Below are positions 1-10,424 of a stretch of 64,000 bases of DNA, piece after piece. Both the position numbers and the translations under genes were made by a program. This stretch comes from Candidatus Multivoradales bacterium (GTDB lineage: Bacteria > Acidobacteriota > Thermoanaerobaculia > Multivoradales > Multivoraceae): positions 1,856,001 to 1,920,000 of the forward strand of contig CBDCWI010000001.1 in assembly GCA_965223325.1 (NCBI GenBank). Reading direction: 5' to 3'. A model generated the notes under the pieces. That model was not told where the DNA came from. It ran no database searches and saw only the letters and a list, made by a program, of their open reading frames with translations. Within the stretch, counting starts at the first letter, position 1. Each line of letters opens with the position of its first letter.

Positions 1-346
1 GGTTGATGCCGGTGTGGACGGCGATTCGCGACAGCCACGTCTTGAACTGGCTCCGGCCTTCGAAACTCTCGAGCTTGCCGAAGACCTTGAGAAAGACCTC
101 CTGGGTGATGTCGAGGGCCTCGTCGGCGTCGCGAGCGTAGCGAAACACCGTCCGATAGACCCACGCCTCGTGTCGCTGCATCAACTCGTCAAAGCCCGCG
201 CGCTCACCCCGTCGCGCCCTCGCCACGGCCATGGCGTCGGGGTCTGGCTCGGCCGCGGTCTCTAAATCCCGCACCGCGGCGGGGCCACCGGAGGTGGTCC
301 AGGTGCGTTCGTTGGAGGGGCGGTCGTTGCGGGTCATCAGCTGCAT
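1..346 (-). CDS. ECF RNA polymerase sigma factor, N-terminal part (runs off the window edge)
   Basis: Not in the ORF track; manual minus-strand translation gives MQLMTRND...ARRGERAGFDELMQRHEAWVYRTVFRYARDADEALDITQEVFLKVFGKLESFEGRSQFKTWLSRIAVHTGIN, a sigma70 region 2 of ECF type (D..QEVF, F.TWL.RIA). Confidence 0.9.
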   Translation of the reverse strand, partial: MQLMTRNDRPSNERTWTTSGGPAAVRDLETAAEPDPDAMAVARARRGERAGFDELMQRHEAWVYRTVFRYARDADEALDITQEVFLKVFGKLESFEGRSQFKTWLSRIAVHTGIN

Positions 347-487
347 CGTATGGGGCCTGTGCGGTCCTGGGGGCTGGCATCCACTGCAATGGACACCACT
401 TTGTCCCAGGCGTTAGCCCCAGGCTTTCGAGCCCTAGGCGAGTTTTCGACTCGCCCCCTCTGACCGCCTCCTACAAGCCCCTTGTTT

Positions 488-2148
<1,661 letters not shown>

Positions 2149-2152
<4 letters not shown>

Positions 2153-2631
2153 CGCTGTTCCCTCGCAGATACCACGATGCCATCGGCATCGGCGTACAAC
2201 CAATGACCCGGCACGAAGCGAACGCCACCGAAGTCGAGTACCACGTCTGTTTCGCCCTTGCCGGCCTTGGTGCTTCTGGTGGGGTTGGTACCCAGTGCCC
2301 GCACCGAGTAGTCCATCCCGTTGATGACCGCCGAGTCACGAATGGCGCCGTTGATCACCATACCGAACCAGCCACTGTCGCGACCGCGTTCCGCGAGAAT
2401 GTCGCCAACCAGCGCGCAACGCAGCGACCCGCCGCCATCGACGACCAGCACACGACCGTCACCGGGCTCTTCGAGCCGCTGACGAACGAGGACGTTGTCT
2501 TCGAGGCAGCGAACGGTGGCGATTGGCCCCGAAAAGGCCGTGCGCTGGCCCCAGTGTCTCAGTTGCAGCTCGCAGGCGAACACCTCGTCGGGTGCCGCGT
2601 CGTATAGATCGGCCGTCGCGAATTCACTCAT
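2149..2631 (-). CDS. rraA: RraA family protein (ribonuclease E regulator / HMG aldolase-like)
   Basis: 160 aa; [52 protein letters not shown]. Confidence 0.92.
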
Positions 2632-2681
2632 TCATGCAGAGTACCGCGACGACGAGTCCCGGGCCCGGCCAAGGGGGCCAG

Positions 2682-3293
2682 TCAGGGGGAGGCGAGTCGC
2701 AACGGCGGTTGCCTGTTGAAACCGCGCGCCGCTCGGCACTCGGCGCGCTTGACCGAACGCCTGAAGAGGTTGTTCGGCGACAGTTTGGCCATGATGTGGT
2801 GCCGACACGCGAGGGTACGAGGGGCATCGTCGAGACCCAGGACGTGTCCCAGCTCGTGCGCCAGGTTGAGCGCCGCATCTCCACAGCTGCGCTTGCTGCC
2901 GTTGCTCCTCACCGAGTAGCGATAGAGCACGATCTCATTGCCACGAAAGACGCCACAACGGCGACCGAGCGAGCGCATTTCACGGCGCACATAGAGGTTG
3001 CGGTCACCCGCCTGGCCGACCAGAAAACTCGGCATACCCCGTGGCGCCTCGCAGCTACTCCACAGCTCGACCGCTTGCCTGACATCGCGCGCGAGCCGGT
3101 CATCTTCGAACAGGATTCCGATCGTCTGGCCCTGGAACATTCGATCGGCAACGCTGGGAACACACTGGGGATCTGGCTCGGCGGCATGCGTTGTGGTGGC
3201 AAGAAGAACCCAACCGGCAAGGAACACCAGCGCGACCGCCGGCAACAGCGGCCGGCCGGAGCGCTTGCTGATCGTCTCGAGGCCCAGGGCCAT
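2682..3293 (-). CDS. Secreted small zinc metalloprotease (metzincin, snapalysin/matrixin-like)
   Basis: Signal peptide ending THA; HELGHVLGLDD zinc motif followed by the Met-turn HIMA. Confidence 0.8.
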   Translation of the reverse strand: MALGLETISKRSGRPLLPAVALVFLAGWVLLATTTHAAEPDPQCVPSVADRMFQGQTIGILFEDDRLARDVRQAVELWSSCEAPRGMPSFLVGQAGDRNLYVRREMRSLGRRCGVFRGNEIVLYRYSVRSNGSKRSCGDAALNLAHELGHVLGLDDAPRTLACRHHIMAKLSPNNLFRRSVKRAECRAARGFNRQPPLRLASP

Positions 3294-3446
3294 AGGGTTG
3301 CGGGCCTTTCTCTACGTTGGGTTCTCGACGCAGAGCAACCTTCCCGCCTGAGGCCCGACCAGGTCTACAAGTGGGGGCTGAATCACTCCCTGAGGTGATG
3401 AAACGCCAGGTCGGTGCCATCAGAACGGGCGGAGCAAGAGGCGGCG

Positions 3447-3490
3447 CCCGGGCAATTCCCGGGCAATTCCCGGGCGTTTCCCGGGCAATC
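3447..3490. repeat. 4 x 11-bp tandem repeat CCCGGGCAATT in a divergent intergenic region
   Basis: cccgggcaatt/cccgggcaatt/cccgggcgttt/cccgggcaatc read directly. Confidence 0.9.
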
Positions 3491-3678
3491 GACTGGGGTG
3501 ATTCTGGGATTTCGCGGGGCGGAATGCCTTGGATGCTTCTTTCGTTCGGCGGGGGCTTTGAGACGGGGAACCGCCGGTTGGCCCCCCCAGCAGGGTCATC
3601 ATTGGTCCTCACCTGAACACTCCGGCACGCGCGCCGTAGGTGGCAACAGAAAGCCACTTCAAAAAGGAGGACTCCTCG

Positions 3679-4107
3679 TTGAGCACCCGTGAAACCGCCG
3701 GTACCTTAGGTGCCGTTGCCCCAGGCCGGTTCCTCAGCCGCGCGCTACTTGCCAATGCAGCCTTCTCGATCTTCTGCGCCGTCGCAGCTCTCGTCTTCGC
3801 TCAACCGATCGCCGCGTTCATGGGAGAGATCCAAGCTGCGGACCTTCGCTCGCTCGGCGTTTCGCTCTTCATCTGGGCAGCGGTGGCGCTCTTCGCGCGC
3901 ACCACGGTGCTCAAAGGCCGCACCAATCGCTGGCTCGTGGTCGCTATCATTGCCGGCGACCTTCTATGGGTCGCCGGTAGCGCCCTCTTGCTGGTGCAGC
4001 GTCCGGTCGAGCTCACCACTGGTGGAGCCCTTCTGATCGCCGACGTTGCGCTGGCAGTCGGCGCCTTTGCGGTGGCGCAGACCGTCGGACTCAGGCGACT
4101 CGGATGA
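3679..4107 (+). CDS. Hypothetical 4-TM membrane protein
   Basis: AAGGAGG RBS 8 nt before TTG at 3679; four hydrophobic segments (ALLANAAFS..., IIAGDLLWVAGS, VGAFAVAQ). Confidence 0.75.
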   Translation: MSTRETAGTLGAVAPGRFLSRALLANAAFSIFCAVAALVFAQPIAAFMGEIQAADLRSLGVSLFIWAAVALFARTTVLKGRTNRWLVVAIIAGDLLWVAGSALLLVQRPVELTTGGALLIADVALAVGAFAVAQTVGLRRLG

Positions 4108-4123
4108 GAAGCAACGGGAGGGC

Positions 4124-5326
4124 TCAGTCACCGGTCGCAACGACCCCCGCCGTCACCAGAGCGTCGATCGCGTCGGCAGAGAGACCGGCATCGCTGAGGA
4201 CCTCACGCGACTGTTCACCGAGGCGCGGTGCGTGGCCGGGGATTCGGCGCTTGGCACCGCTGAAGCCAGCTGCCGGTCGCGGTGCCCGCATGGCGCCACC
4301 CTCACGCTCTTCCAGCTCGACGATCGAGCCGCAGTGCTCGATCTGCCGATCGAGGTGGAGCTCGGGCAGGGTATTGACTGGTGCGCAGGGCACTTCATGC
4401 GCGTCGAGTAGGGCACAGACTTCGGCGGTCGTGCGCAGGGCGATCTCGCTGTCGGTCCAATCGATGATCTCGACGATGTGATGCATGCGCGACAAGAGGT
4501 CCTGAAAGCGCGGGTCATCGCGACGCTCGGGGCTGTCGAAGGCATCGCAGACCCCACGGAACTCGGCGTCTTGCCCCGCCACCATCACGATCGCGCCGTC
4601 ACGGGTCGCGGAGATGCGAAACATCGACGCCAGATCGGCTGTGCGCACGACCCCGTCTTCGCCCAGGAAACTGTGGTTCCACATCATGTCGCTCCAGTGG
4701 AAGGCGATGCTGGCGTCGAGCATGGACACCTCGACGTGTCGCGCAGGGCCGCCACGGGCGCGATCGAAGAGTGCTGCCGCGATGGCCTGTGAGGTCATAA
4801 GCGCGGTGACCTTGTCGCACACGATCGCCCGCACCAGCTGTGGCTCACCGGAGCCATCGGGTCGTTGACCCTGCGCCCAGGCGATTCCGCTTGCCGCCTG
4901 GATCAGTGGGTCGTAGACCTTCTTCTGGGCGTAGGGGCCGTCTGGCCCGAAGCCGGTGATCGAGACGTAGATCACGTCGGGCGCTTCAGACCGCAGAGCC
5001 TCGACCCCGATTCCCATGCGCTCGGCTGCACCCGGCCTGAAGTTCTGGACGAATACATCGGCGGTCTTGAGGAGCTGTTTGAAAGCAGCAAGGCCTTGCG
5101 GCTCTGTGAGATCGATCGCCAACGAACGCTTGCCACGGTTGACGGCGGCGAAGATCGCCGACACGCCGTTGCGCTGAGTGCCCATCGGGCGGGTGACGTC
5201 ACCGATGACGATCGGCTCGACCTTGATGACATCGGCACCCTGCTCCGCCATAAGCTGTGTACACAGCGGCCCCGAGATGACTGCCGAACAATCAACTACC
5301 CGAACACCAGCCAGTGGTCCGCCCAT
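4124..5326 (-). CDS. CaiB/BaiF family III CoA transferase
   Basis: GPLAGVRVVD, GADVIKVEP, NRGKRSLAIDL, DVFVQNFRPG, SITGFGPDGPY, APRLGEQS. Confidence 0.95.
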   Translation of the reverse strand: MGGPLAGVRVVDCSAVISGPLCTQLMAEQGADVIKVEPIVIGDVTRPMGTQRNGVSAIFAAVNRGKRSLAIDLTEPQGLAAFKQLLKTADVFVQNFRPGAAERMGIGVEALRSEAPDVIYVSITGFGPDGPYAQKKVYDPLIQAASGIAWAQGQRPDGSGEPQLVRAIVCDKVTALMTSQAIAAALFDRARGGPARHVEVSMLDASIAFHWSDMMWNHSFLGEDGVVRTADLASMFRISATRDGAIVMVAGQDAEFRGVCDAFDSPERRDDPRFQDLLSRMHHIVEIIDWTDSEIALRTTAEVCALLDAHEVPCAPVNTLPELHLDRQIEHCGSIVELEEREGGAMRAPRPAAGFSGAKRRIPGHAPRLGEQSREVLSDAGLSADAIDALVTAGVVATGD

Positions 5327-5429
5327 CGTTCTCTCCGCTTGAAAGGAAGGGCGAGGCTACCAGCAGGGCTTCGAAGTCGAGGTCCCCATCTTCAGCATCC
5401 TTCATCCACGCCGACGTCCCGAGAGACCG

Positions 5430-6479
5430 GTGCGCCGGGGGTTCGTCCTCGTCGTAGTCGCCATCCTGGGGGCCGCATCAGCGGTCGGCACCTCTGCTTG
5501 GTCTCTAGAAGAGGAAACTCCCCCACTCCTCCCCGAGCCGCTGCCCAACGAAAGCGCCACCGCCTCTGACCAGGCGACGATGCAGCCCTACGTCGAGACG
5601 CTCGCTCACCTCGGAGTTGCCGCTCCGATGGTGCCGATCCCCGGCGGAACGTTGGAGATCACCTACGCCGGCGACGACGGCGAACAGGCCACCTCGGAGA
5701 CCATCGAGGTCGAACCGTTCTGGATCGCGACTCACGAAGTGACCTGGGACAGTTATCGCCTCTTCATGTTGTCGCTCGACCGCCCGAACGATGACGCCAG
5801 GCCGGCCAACCAGCAATATGCCGACGCCGTCGCACGACCGACCCCCCCGTACGTGCCGATGGATTTCGGCATGGGGGTCGACGGTTTCCCCGCCATTTCG
5901 ATGACCCAGTTCGCCGCCCGGCAGTACACCCGCTGGCTCTCGATGCAGACCGGCCGCTTCTACCGGCTGCCCACCGAGGCGGAGTGGGAATGGGCCTGCC
6001 GGGCCGGCGATCCCCAGGAGCAAGTGAGCGCATCACTCGACGACTACAGCTGGCACATTGGCAACAGCGGGCGCACGTACCACCAGGTGGCAACCCGCAA
6101 AGCCAACGCCTGGGGCGTTTTCGACATGCTGGGAAACGTCGCCGAATGGACGCTCGAAGACTACGACGTCATCGGTGTCGAGCCAGACCCTCTGACAGGA
6201 GTGCGTTGGCCTGATTCGCTCTATCCACGAAGCGTGCGCGGCGGCAGCTATCTCGACCCTCCGGCGAGCCAGACCTGCAACCGCAGACGGCCATCGAAAG
6301 CGGTGTGGAAGCGCTCCGACCCACAGATTCCACGCAGCATCTGGTACCACACCAACGCCCGCTTCCTCGGCTTCCGGGTCGTCCGTCCACTCGAGGCACC
6401 TGACGAGGAGACCATGCGCCGCGCCTGGGAGCCAGACACGGAGTCACTCCGCGAGATCCTCGCCGGCCAAAGCCATTAG
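5430..6479 (+). CDS. Secreted FGE-sulfatase (SUMF1/EgtB/PvdO) domain protein
   Basis: Signal peptide; YRLPTEAEWEWACRAG, NAWGVFDMLGNVAEW, RGGSY, GFRVVR. Confidence 0.9.
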   Translation: MRRGFVLVVVAILGAASAVGTSAWSLEEETPPLLPEPLPNESATASDQATMQPYVETLAHLGVAAPMVPIPGGTLEITYAGDDGEQATSETIEVEPFWIATHEVTWDSYRLFMLSLDRPNDDARPANQQYADAVARPTPPYVPMDFGMGVDGFPAISMTQFAARQYTRWLSMQTGRFYRLPTEAEWEWACRAGDPQEQVSASLDDYSWHIGNSGRTYHQVATRKANAWGVFDMLGNVAEWTLEDYDVIGVEPDPLTGVRWPDSLYPRSVRGGSYLDPPASQTCNRRRPSKAVWKRSDPQIPRSIWYHTNARFLGFRVVRPLEAPDEETMRRAWEPDTESLREILAGQSH

Positions 6480-6482
6480 GCC

Positions 6483-6974
6483 TCAGGTCGCCTGGCGGCC
6501 GTTACGTCCAAAGAACCAGACGGCCGGAAGACTCATCACCAGCGCGCCGACGACCAACTGAAAGAAGATCAGAAGGGCAAACGGTGCGGGGCGCGCCAAC
6601 GCCTTGACCCGCGCAAGCTGAGCCGCGCCCTCCTCTCCAGCCAGCCCCTGTTCGGCGATCCTCTGCTCGGCAGAGAGAACGATCCAGCGCAGGAGCGAAT
6701 CATCGATCCAGGCGTTGATCACGAAAACCGAGACGGCGTACAGCGCACTCCCCACCAACGCCACGACGGCCGCAAAGCGAAGAGCCTTCTTCCAGCTTCG
6801 ACCACTGCCGTCTGTTCGCCAGAGCCCGACGAGAATCGCGAGTGGAATGCTGACATAGAACGCCCAGGCATGCGGCGGCGGCCCGCCGTCTGCCAGCCAA
6901 CGAACGACGATCCCAAAAGTGACCAAAGCGACTCCGCACCCAACGCCGTAGGCAAGCGCTCGCGATTCGAACAT
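6483..6974 (-). CDS. Membrane protein, DUF4199-like
   Basis: 163 aa, 4 TM segments with an amphipathic loop before the last TM; divergent from the AraC regulator. Confidence 0.6.
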   Translation of the reverse strand: MFESRALAYGVGCGVALVTFGIVVRWLADGGPPPHAWAFYVSIPLAILVGLWRTDGSGRSWKKALRFAAVVALVGSALYAVSVFVINAWIDDSLLRWIVLSAEQRIAEQGLAGEEGAAQLARVKALARPAPFALLIFFQLVVGALVMSLPAVWFFGRNGRQAT

Positions 6975-7121
6975 GTTGTCCTCCTGTGACTCTAGTTGGC
7001 GGTGGGTACGCGCGGTCCTCCGGTGTGGTTCGGGAAGGGCCCCTGATTTGTCTCAGAGTTGCGTCTCAGCGACGCCTGGCGATGCAACTGGGCGTAGCCG
7101 ACAAGCGTAGAAAGAAGCGTC

Positions 7122-7955
7122 ATGGCAACCCACGTCGCACAGAAGATCCTCTGGCGCGGAACCGAGCGAGATTTCGAAGCGGTTCGCGTCCTCCACCGCC
7201 GAGGGCATCGCCTGCCGGTGCACAACCATCGGTACCCAGGCTTCGTGCTTTCCCTCAGGGGCAGCTTCGATGCCTGGATCGAGGGCACGCACTTCCGTGT
7301 CCAGGCGGGACAGGCGTTGGTCGTGCCCTCGTTTCTCAGACACAGCGAGGCTGTCGGCGCGCGCGGATCCGACGCCGTCGTCGCCACGATGCGCTCCTCG
7401 TGGCAGGGGCCGCGCGGCACCCTGGTGCTCCCGCGGCTCTTCGAGGGTGTCACCTTCGAGAGGCTTGCCCGCTGCCTGCGACTCGAGTTCAAAGGCCACG
7501 CCGGCGACCTGCCCCAGCCCGAAAGAGTTCGCGAACGTCTACTCGACACCGGAGAGGCGATGACACGCTGCCACCCCTTGCAACCACAACGACAGGGGCG
7601 ACCGCTCTGGCTCGAAACCGCGCGACAGATGCTCGACGAAAGCGACCAACGCCTCGAACTGCGTGAACTCGCAGCCGCTACAGGCATCGATCGATCGCAC
7701 CTTGCGCGTACCTGGAAGAACGTGTACGGCGTCTCGGTCGGTGTGTACGGTCGCCTGCGGCGACTCGAGAAGGCCTGCACCGATCTCGAACGATCCAACG
7801 ACCCCATCGCCGAGATCGCCCGCCGCTACGGCTTCGCCGACGGCGCGCACCTCGCCCATCGGCTGCAAGATGCCTACGGCGCAACCGCTAGTTGCTTTCG
7901 GAACGCGTCGAGGAACTTCCGCGGCGCCCCAAGCGACGCTTCAAGTGCTCCATGA
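7122..7955 (+). CDS. AraC family transcriptional regulator
   Basis: N-terminal cupin (HNH); C-terminal ELAAATGIDRSHLARTWK...IAEIARRYGFADGAHL double HTH. Confidence 0.9.
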   Translation: MATHVAQKILWRGTERDFEAVRVLHRRGHRLPVHNHRYPGFVLSLRGSFDAWIEGTHFRVQAGQALVVPSFLRHSEAVGARGSDAVVATMRSSWQGPRGTLVLPRLFEGVTFERLARCLRLEFKGHAGDLPQPERVRERLLDTGEAMTRCHPLQPQRQGRPLWLETARQMLDESDQRLELRELAAATGIDRSHLARTWKNVYGVSVGVYGRLRRLEKACTDLERSNDPIAEIARRYGFADGAHLAHRLQDAYGATASCFRNASRNFRGAPSDASSAP

Positions 7956-10311
7956 GACCCCAGGCGAGGAGAACTGGCCATAGGACGAGAACCGCCCACA
8001 TCCCGATCGAGGCTCGATTCGAGAGCGCCAGAAAGGTATTGCCGCCGAACACATTGTCGTTGACCAGGTAGGTCCAGGTTGCGCTCGGCCCAGTCAAGCC
8101 AGCGCGCTCCCAGTCGACTCCATCTGCTGTCACCTCAATGCGCTCGAAGGTCTCGTCGATCTGCTGGTCGATACGACTGATCATGTCCTCGAAGGCGACC
8201 TGTGCCGTGCGATAGAACTCGGTCACTGGGTCGCGTCCGTCGAGCGTCACCAGGTGGACCTCGTCGCGCAACGCCTGCATGTCTTCGAGGTGCTCGCTCC
8301 AACAGCGATCGATCGCAATGAGAGTGAGTCGCCGCTCGATACCCGCGAGGACCTGCTCGCCGCAAAGCACCTCGAGCTCCTGCCATCGAGAGTGCTGAGG
8401 CAGCAGTCGCTTCTTCGGTCGCCCTTCGAGCACCGCCTGGCGCCATTTCTCGAGCTCGAGGCGCTGGCGTTCGATCAGATGTGCGAAGCGCAGAAGTCGC
8501 GCTCGCACATCGGCGTGCTCGCCCTCGATGATGCGTTGCGCACGCTCGACCTCGCGACGCACGACGGCCGAGTCGAGCTCGGAACTGAGCGCAGGGTCGG
8601 CAGCCAGCGCCGCGCGCAGCTTCTTCGGCAGGAGCCCCTCGATACCGTAGCGTCGCAGCAAGGGGTCCTCGAGGCTGATGAAGAAGCGCGTCGTTCCCGG
8701 GTCGCCCTGACGCCCGGCGCGACCACGTAGCTGGTCGTCGATCCGCCGACTCTCGTGCCGGTTGGTGCCGAGAACGTACAGACCGCCGAGGTTCACCACT
8801 TCGTCGCGCTTGGCTTCGGTGGAGCCACCAAGCCTGATGTCGGTGCCTCGGCCGGCCATGTTGGTGGCGATCGTGATCGCCGAAGGAGCGCCGGCCTCGG
8901 CCACGATCTCGGCTTCTCGCGCATCGTGGCGGGCGTTCAACACCCGGCATTCGAGACCCCTCCCAGCGAGATCAGCCGCGAGGCCCTCCGACTCCTCGAC
9001 ACTGGCGGTGCCCACCAGAATCGGCCGACCCGCAGCATGCACCGTCGCAATCTCTTCCTGAACACGTCGCCGTTTGGCAAAAGCGTCGGCAAACAGGACG
9101 TCGTCCTGGTCGACCCGCGCACAAGGCCGGTGCGGCGGGATGGAAACGACCTCGAGGCCATAGACCGCGCGCAGCTCATCACGCGCCGTCTCGGCCGTAG
9201 CCGTCATGCCACACAACCATCGGTACCTCTGCAGCAAATGCTGCACGGTGATCGAGCCGAGTATCCGACCGTCGGCCTGGGAACTCACGCCCTCCTTGGC
9301 CAGGACCGCTGCCTGGAGACCGTCTGGCCACTGCCGATTCACAGCCACGCGGCCGGTCAGTTCGTCGACCAGCTCGACCTTGTCATTGCGCACCAGATAG
9401 TCGACGTCTCGTCGCAGGAGAACTTCGGCGTGAACGGCGTGGCGCAGCTCGGCCTGGAGGCGCGCATTCTCGGGCGCAAACAGGTTCCCACAGTGCAGAG
9501 TGCGCTCGGCGAAAGCGACGCCTTCTTCGGTCAGGAAGATGTTGCGGGCATGCTCGTCGGTCGCCCAGTGCTGGTCAACGCGGAGTCGTCGGGCCAACTC
9601 GGCCAGGCGCCCGAGCCCCCGCTGCTCACCGGCCTCATGTCCTGCGATCACCAGAGGGATTCGAGCTTCGTCGATCATCAGAGAATCCGCCTCGTCGACG
9701 AGTACGTTGGCGAACTCACGTTGGACCTGATCGTGCAGTTCGAGGCACAGCCCGTCGCGCAGGCAGTCGAACCCCGCCTCCTTGACCGTCAGGTAGGTCA
9801 CATGAGAGGCATAGGCGAGCTTGCGTTCGCACCTCGACATGTCGGCCGTTACACAGCCAACCGACAGACCGAGGGACTCATAGATCGGCCCCATCCACGC
9901 CGCATCGCGCTCTGCGAGGTAGTCGTTGTAGGTCAACACATGGACTCCGTCGCCGGAAAGAGCACGCCGCACCACCGGTGCCACCGCCGCCAGGGTCTTG
10001 CCTTCGCCGGTGCCCATCTCGATCAGGGATCCGGCGTCGAGGGCCAGCCCAGCCATGATCTGCGTTTCGAAGGGAGTCTCACCGAGCACTCGCCGCGCCG
10101 TCTCACCCACCAGCGCAAAGAGCTCGACCCGCGCCGCATCATCCACATCGCTCCGGCCATCGGGTGGACCGCACCGCTGGAGCGCCGAGAAGCGCGCCGA
10201 GAGCGCCTCCTGGTCGAGACCCATCATCTCGGCGGAGCGCGCGGCAACGCGGCTGGCGAGCTCCTCGAGGTGGGCGAGGTCAGGCGTCCTGGTTTTTCGT
10301 TCGGTCTCCAT
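7888..10311 (-). CDS. secA2: Accessory Sec translocase ATPase, SecA2-like, with C-terminal hydrophobic segment
   Basis: MGTGEGKT, NDYLAERD, VDEADS, GMTATA, TNMAGRGTDI, RRIDDQLRGRAGRQGDPG; 807 aa; no C-terminal CxC..C zinc motif. Confidence 0.88.
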   Translation of the reverse strand: METERKTRTPDLAHLEELASRVAARSAEMMGLDQEALSARFSALQRCGPPDGRSDVDDAARVELFALVGETARRVLGETPFETQIMAGLALDAGSLIEMGTGEGKTLAAVAPVVRRALSGDGVHVLTYNDYLAERDAAWMGPIYESLGLSVGCVTADMSRCERKLAYASHVTYLTVKEAGFDCLRDGLCLELHDQVQREFANVLVDEADSLMIDEARIPLVIAGHEAGEQRGLGRLAELARRLRVDQHWATDEHARNIFLTEEGVAFAERTLHCGNLFAPENARLQAELRHAVHAEVLLRRDVDYLVRNDKVELVDELTGRVAVNRQWPDGLQAAVLAKEGVSSQADGRILGSITVQHLLQRYRWLCGMTATAETARDELRAVYGLEVVSIPPHRPCARVDQDDVLFADAFAKRRRVQEEIATVHAAGRPILVGTASVEESEGLAADLAGRGLECRVLNARHDAREAEIVAEAGAPSAITIATNMAGRGTDIRLGGSTEAKRDEVVNLGGLYVLGTNRHESRRIDDQLRGRAGRQGDPGTTRFFISLEDPLLRRYGIEGLLPKKLRAALAADPALSSELDSAVVRREVERAQRIIEGEHADVRARLLRFAHLIERQRLELEKWRQAVLEGRPKKRLLPQHSRWQELEVLCGEQVLAGIERRLTLIAIDRCWSEHLEDMQALRDEVHLVTLDGRDPVTEFYRTAQVAFEDMISRIDQQIDETFERIEVTADGVDWERAGLTGPSATWTYLVNDNVFGGNTFLALSNRASIGMWAVLVLWPVLLAWGLMEHLKRRLGRRGSSSTRSESN

Positions 10312-10424
10312 CGCACCGAATCTACGTGCTCGAGCGACTCGATCTTCGCATCCAGACCTCGAGTCGCCGTCCGATAGGCTCTGGGACGAATCCCACCTGC
10401 AGTCCAGACGACAGGAGCACCCCT

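Noticed and set aside
3376-3412. Hammerhead-like CTGA...stem...GAAAC, and a c-di-AMP riboswitch-like GGGGCTGAATC
   Set aside because: The hammerhead core needs CUGAnGA and a stem III with NUH, both absent; the ydaO AGCTAAC element is absent.
8755-10377. Long antisense ORFs (e.g. 8755-10377+, 899-2206+, 22849-24105+, 33134-34222+)
   Set aside because: Shadow ORFs opposite well-supported genes; expected from high-GC codon bias.
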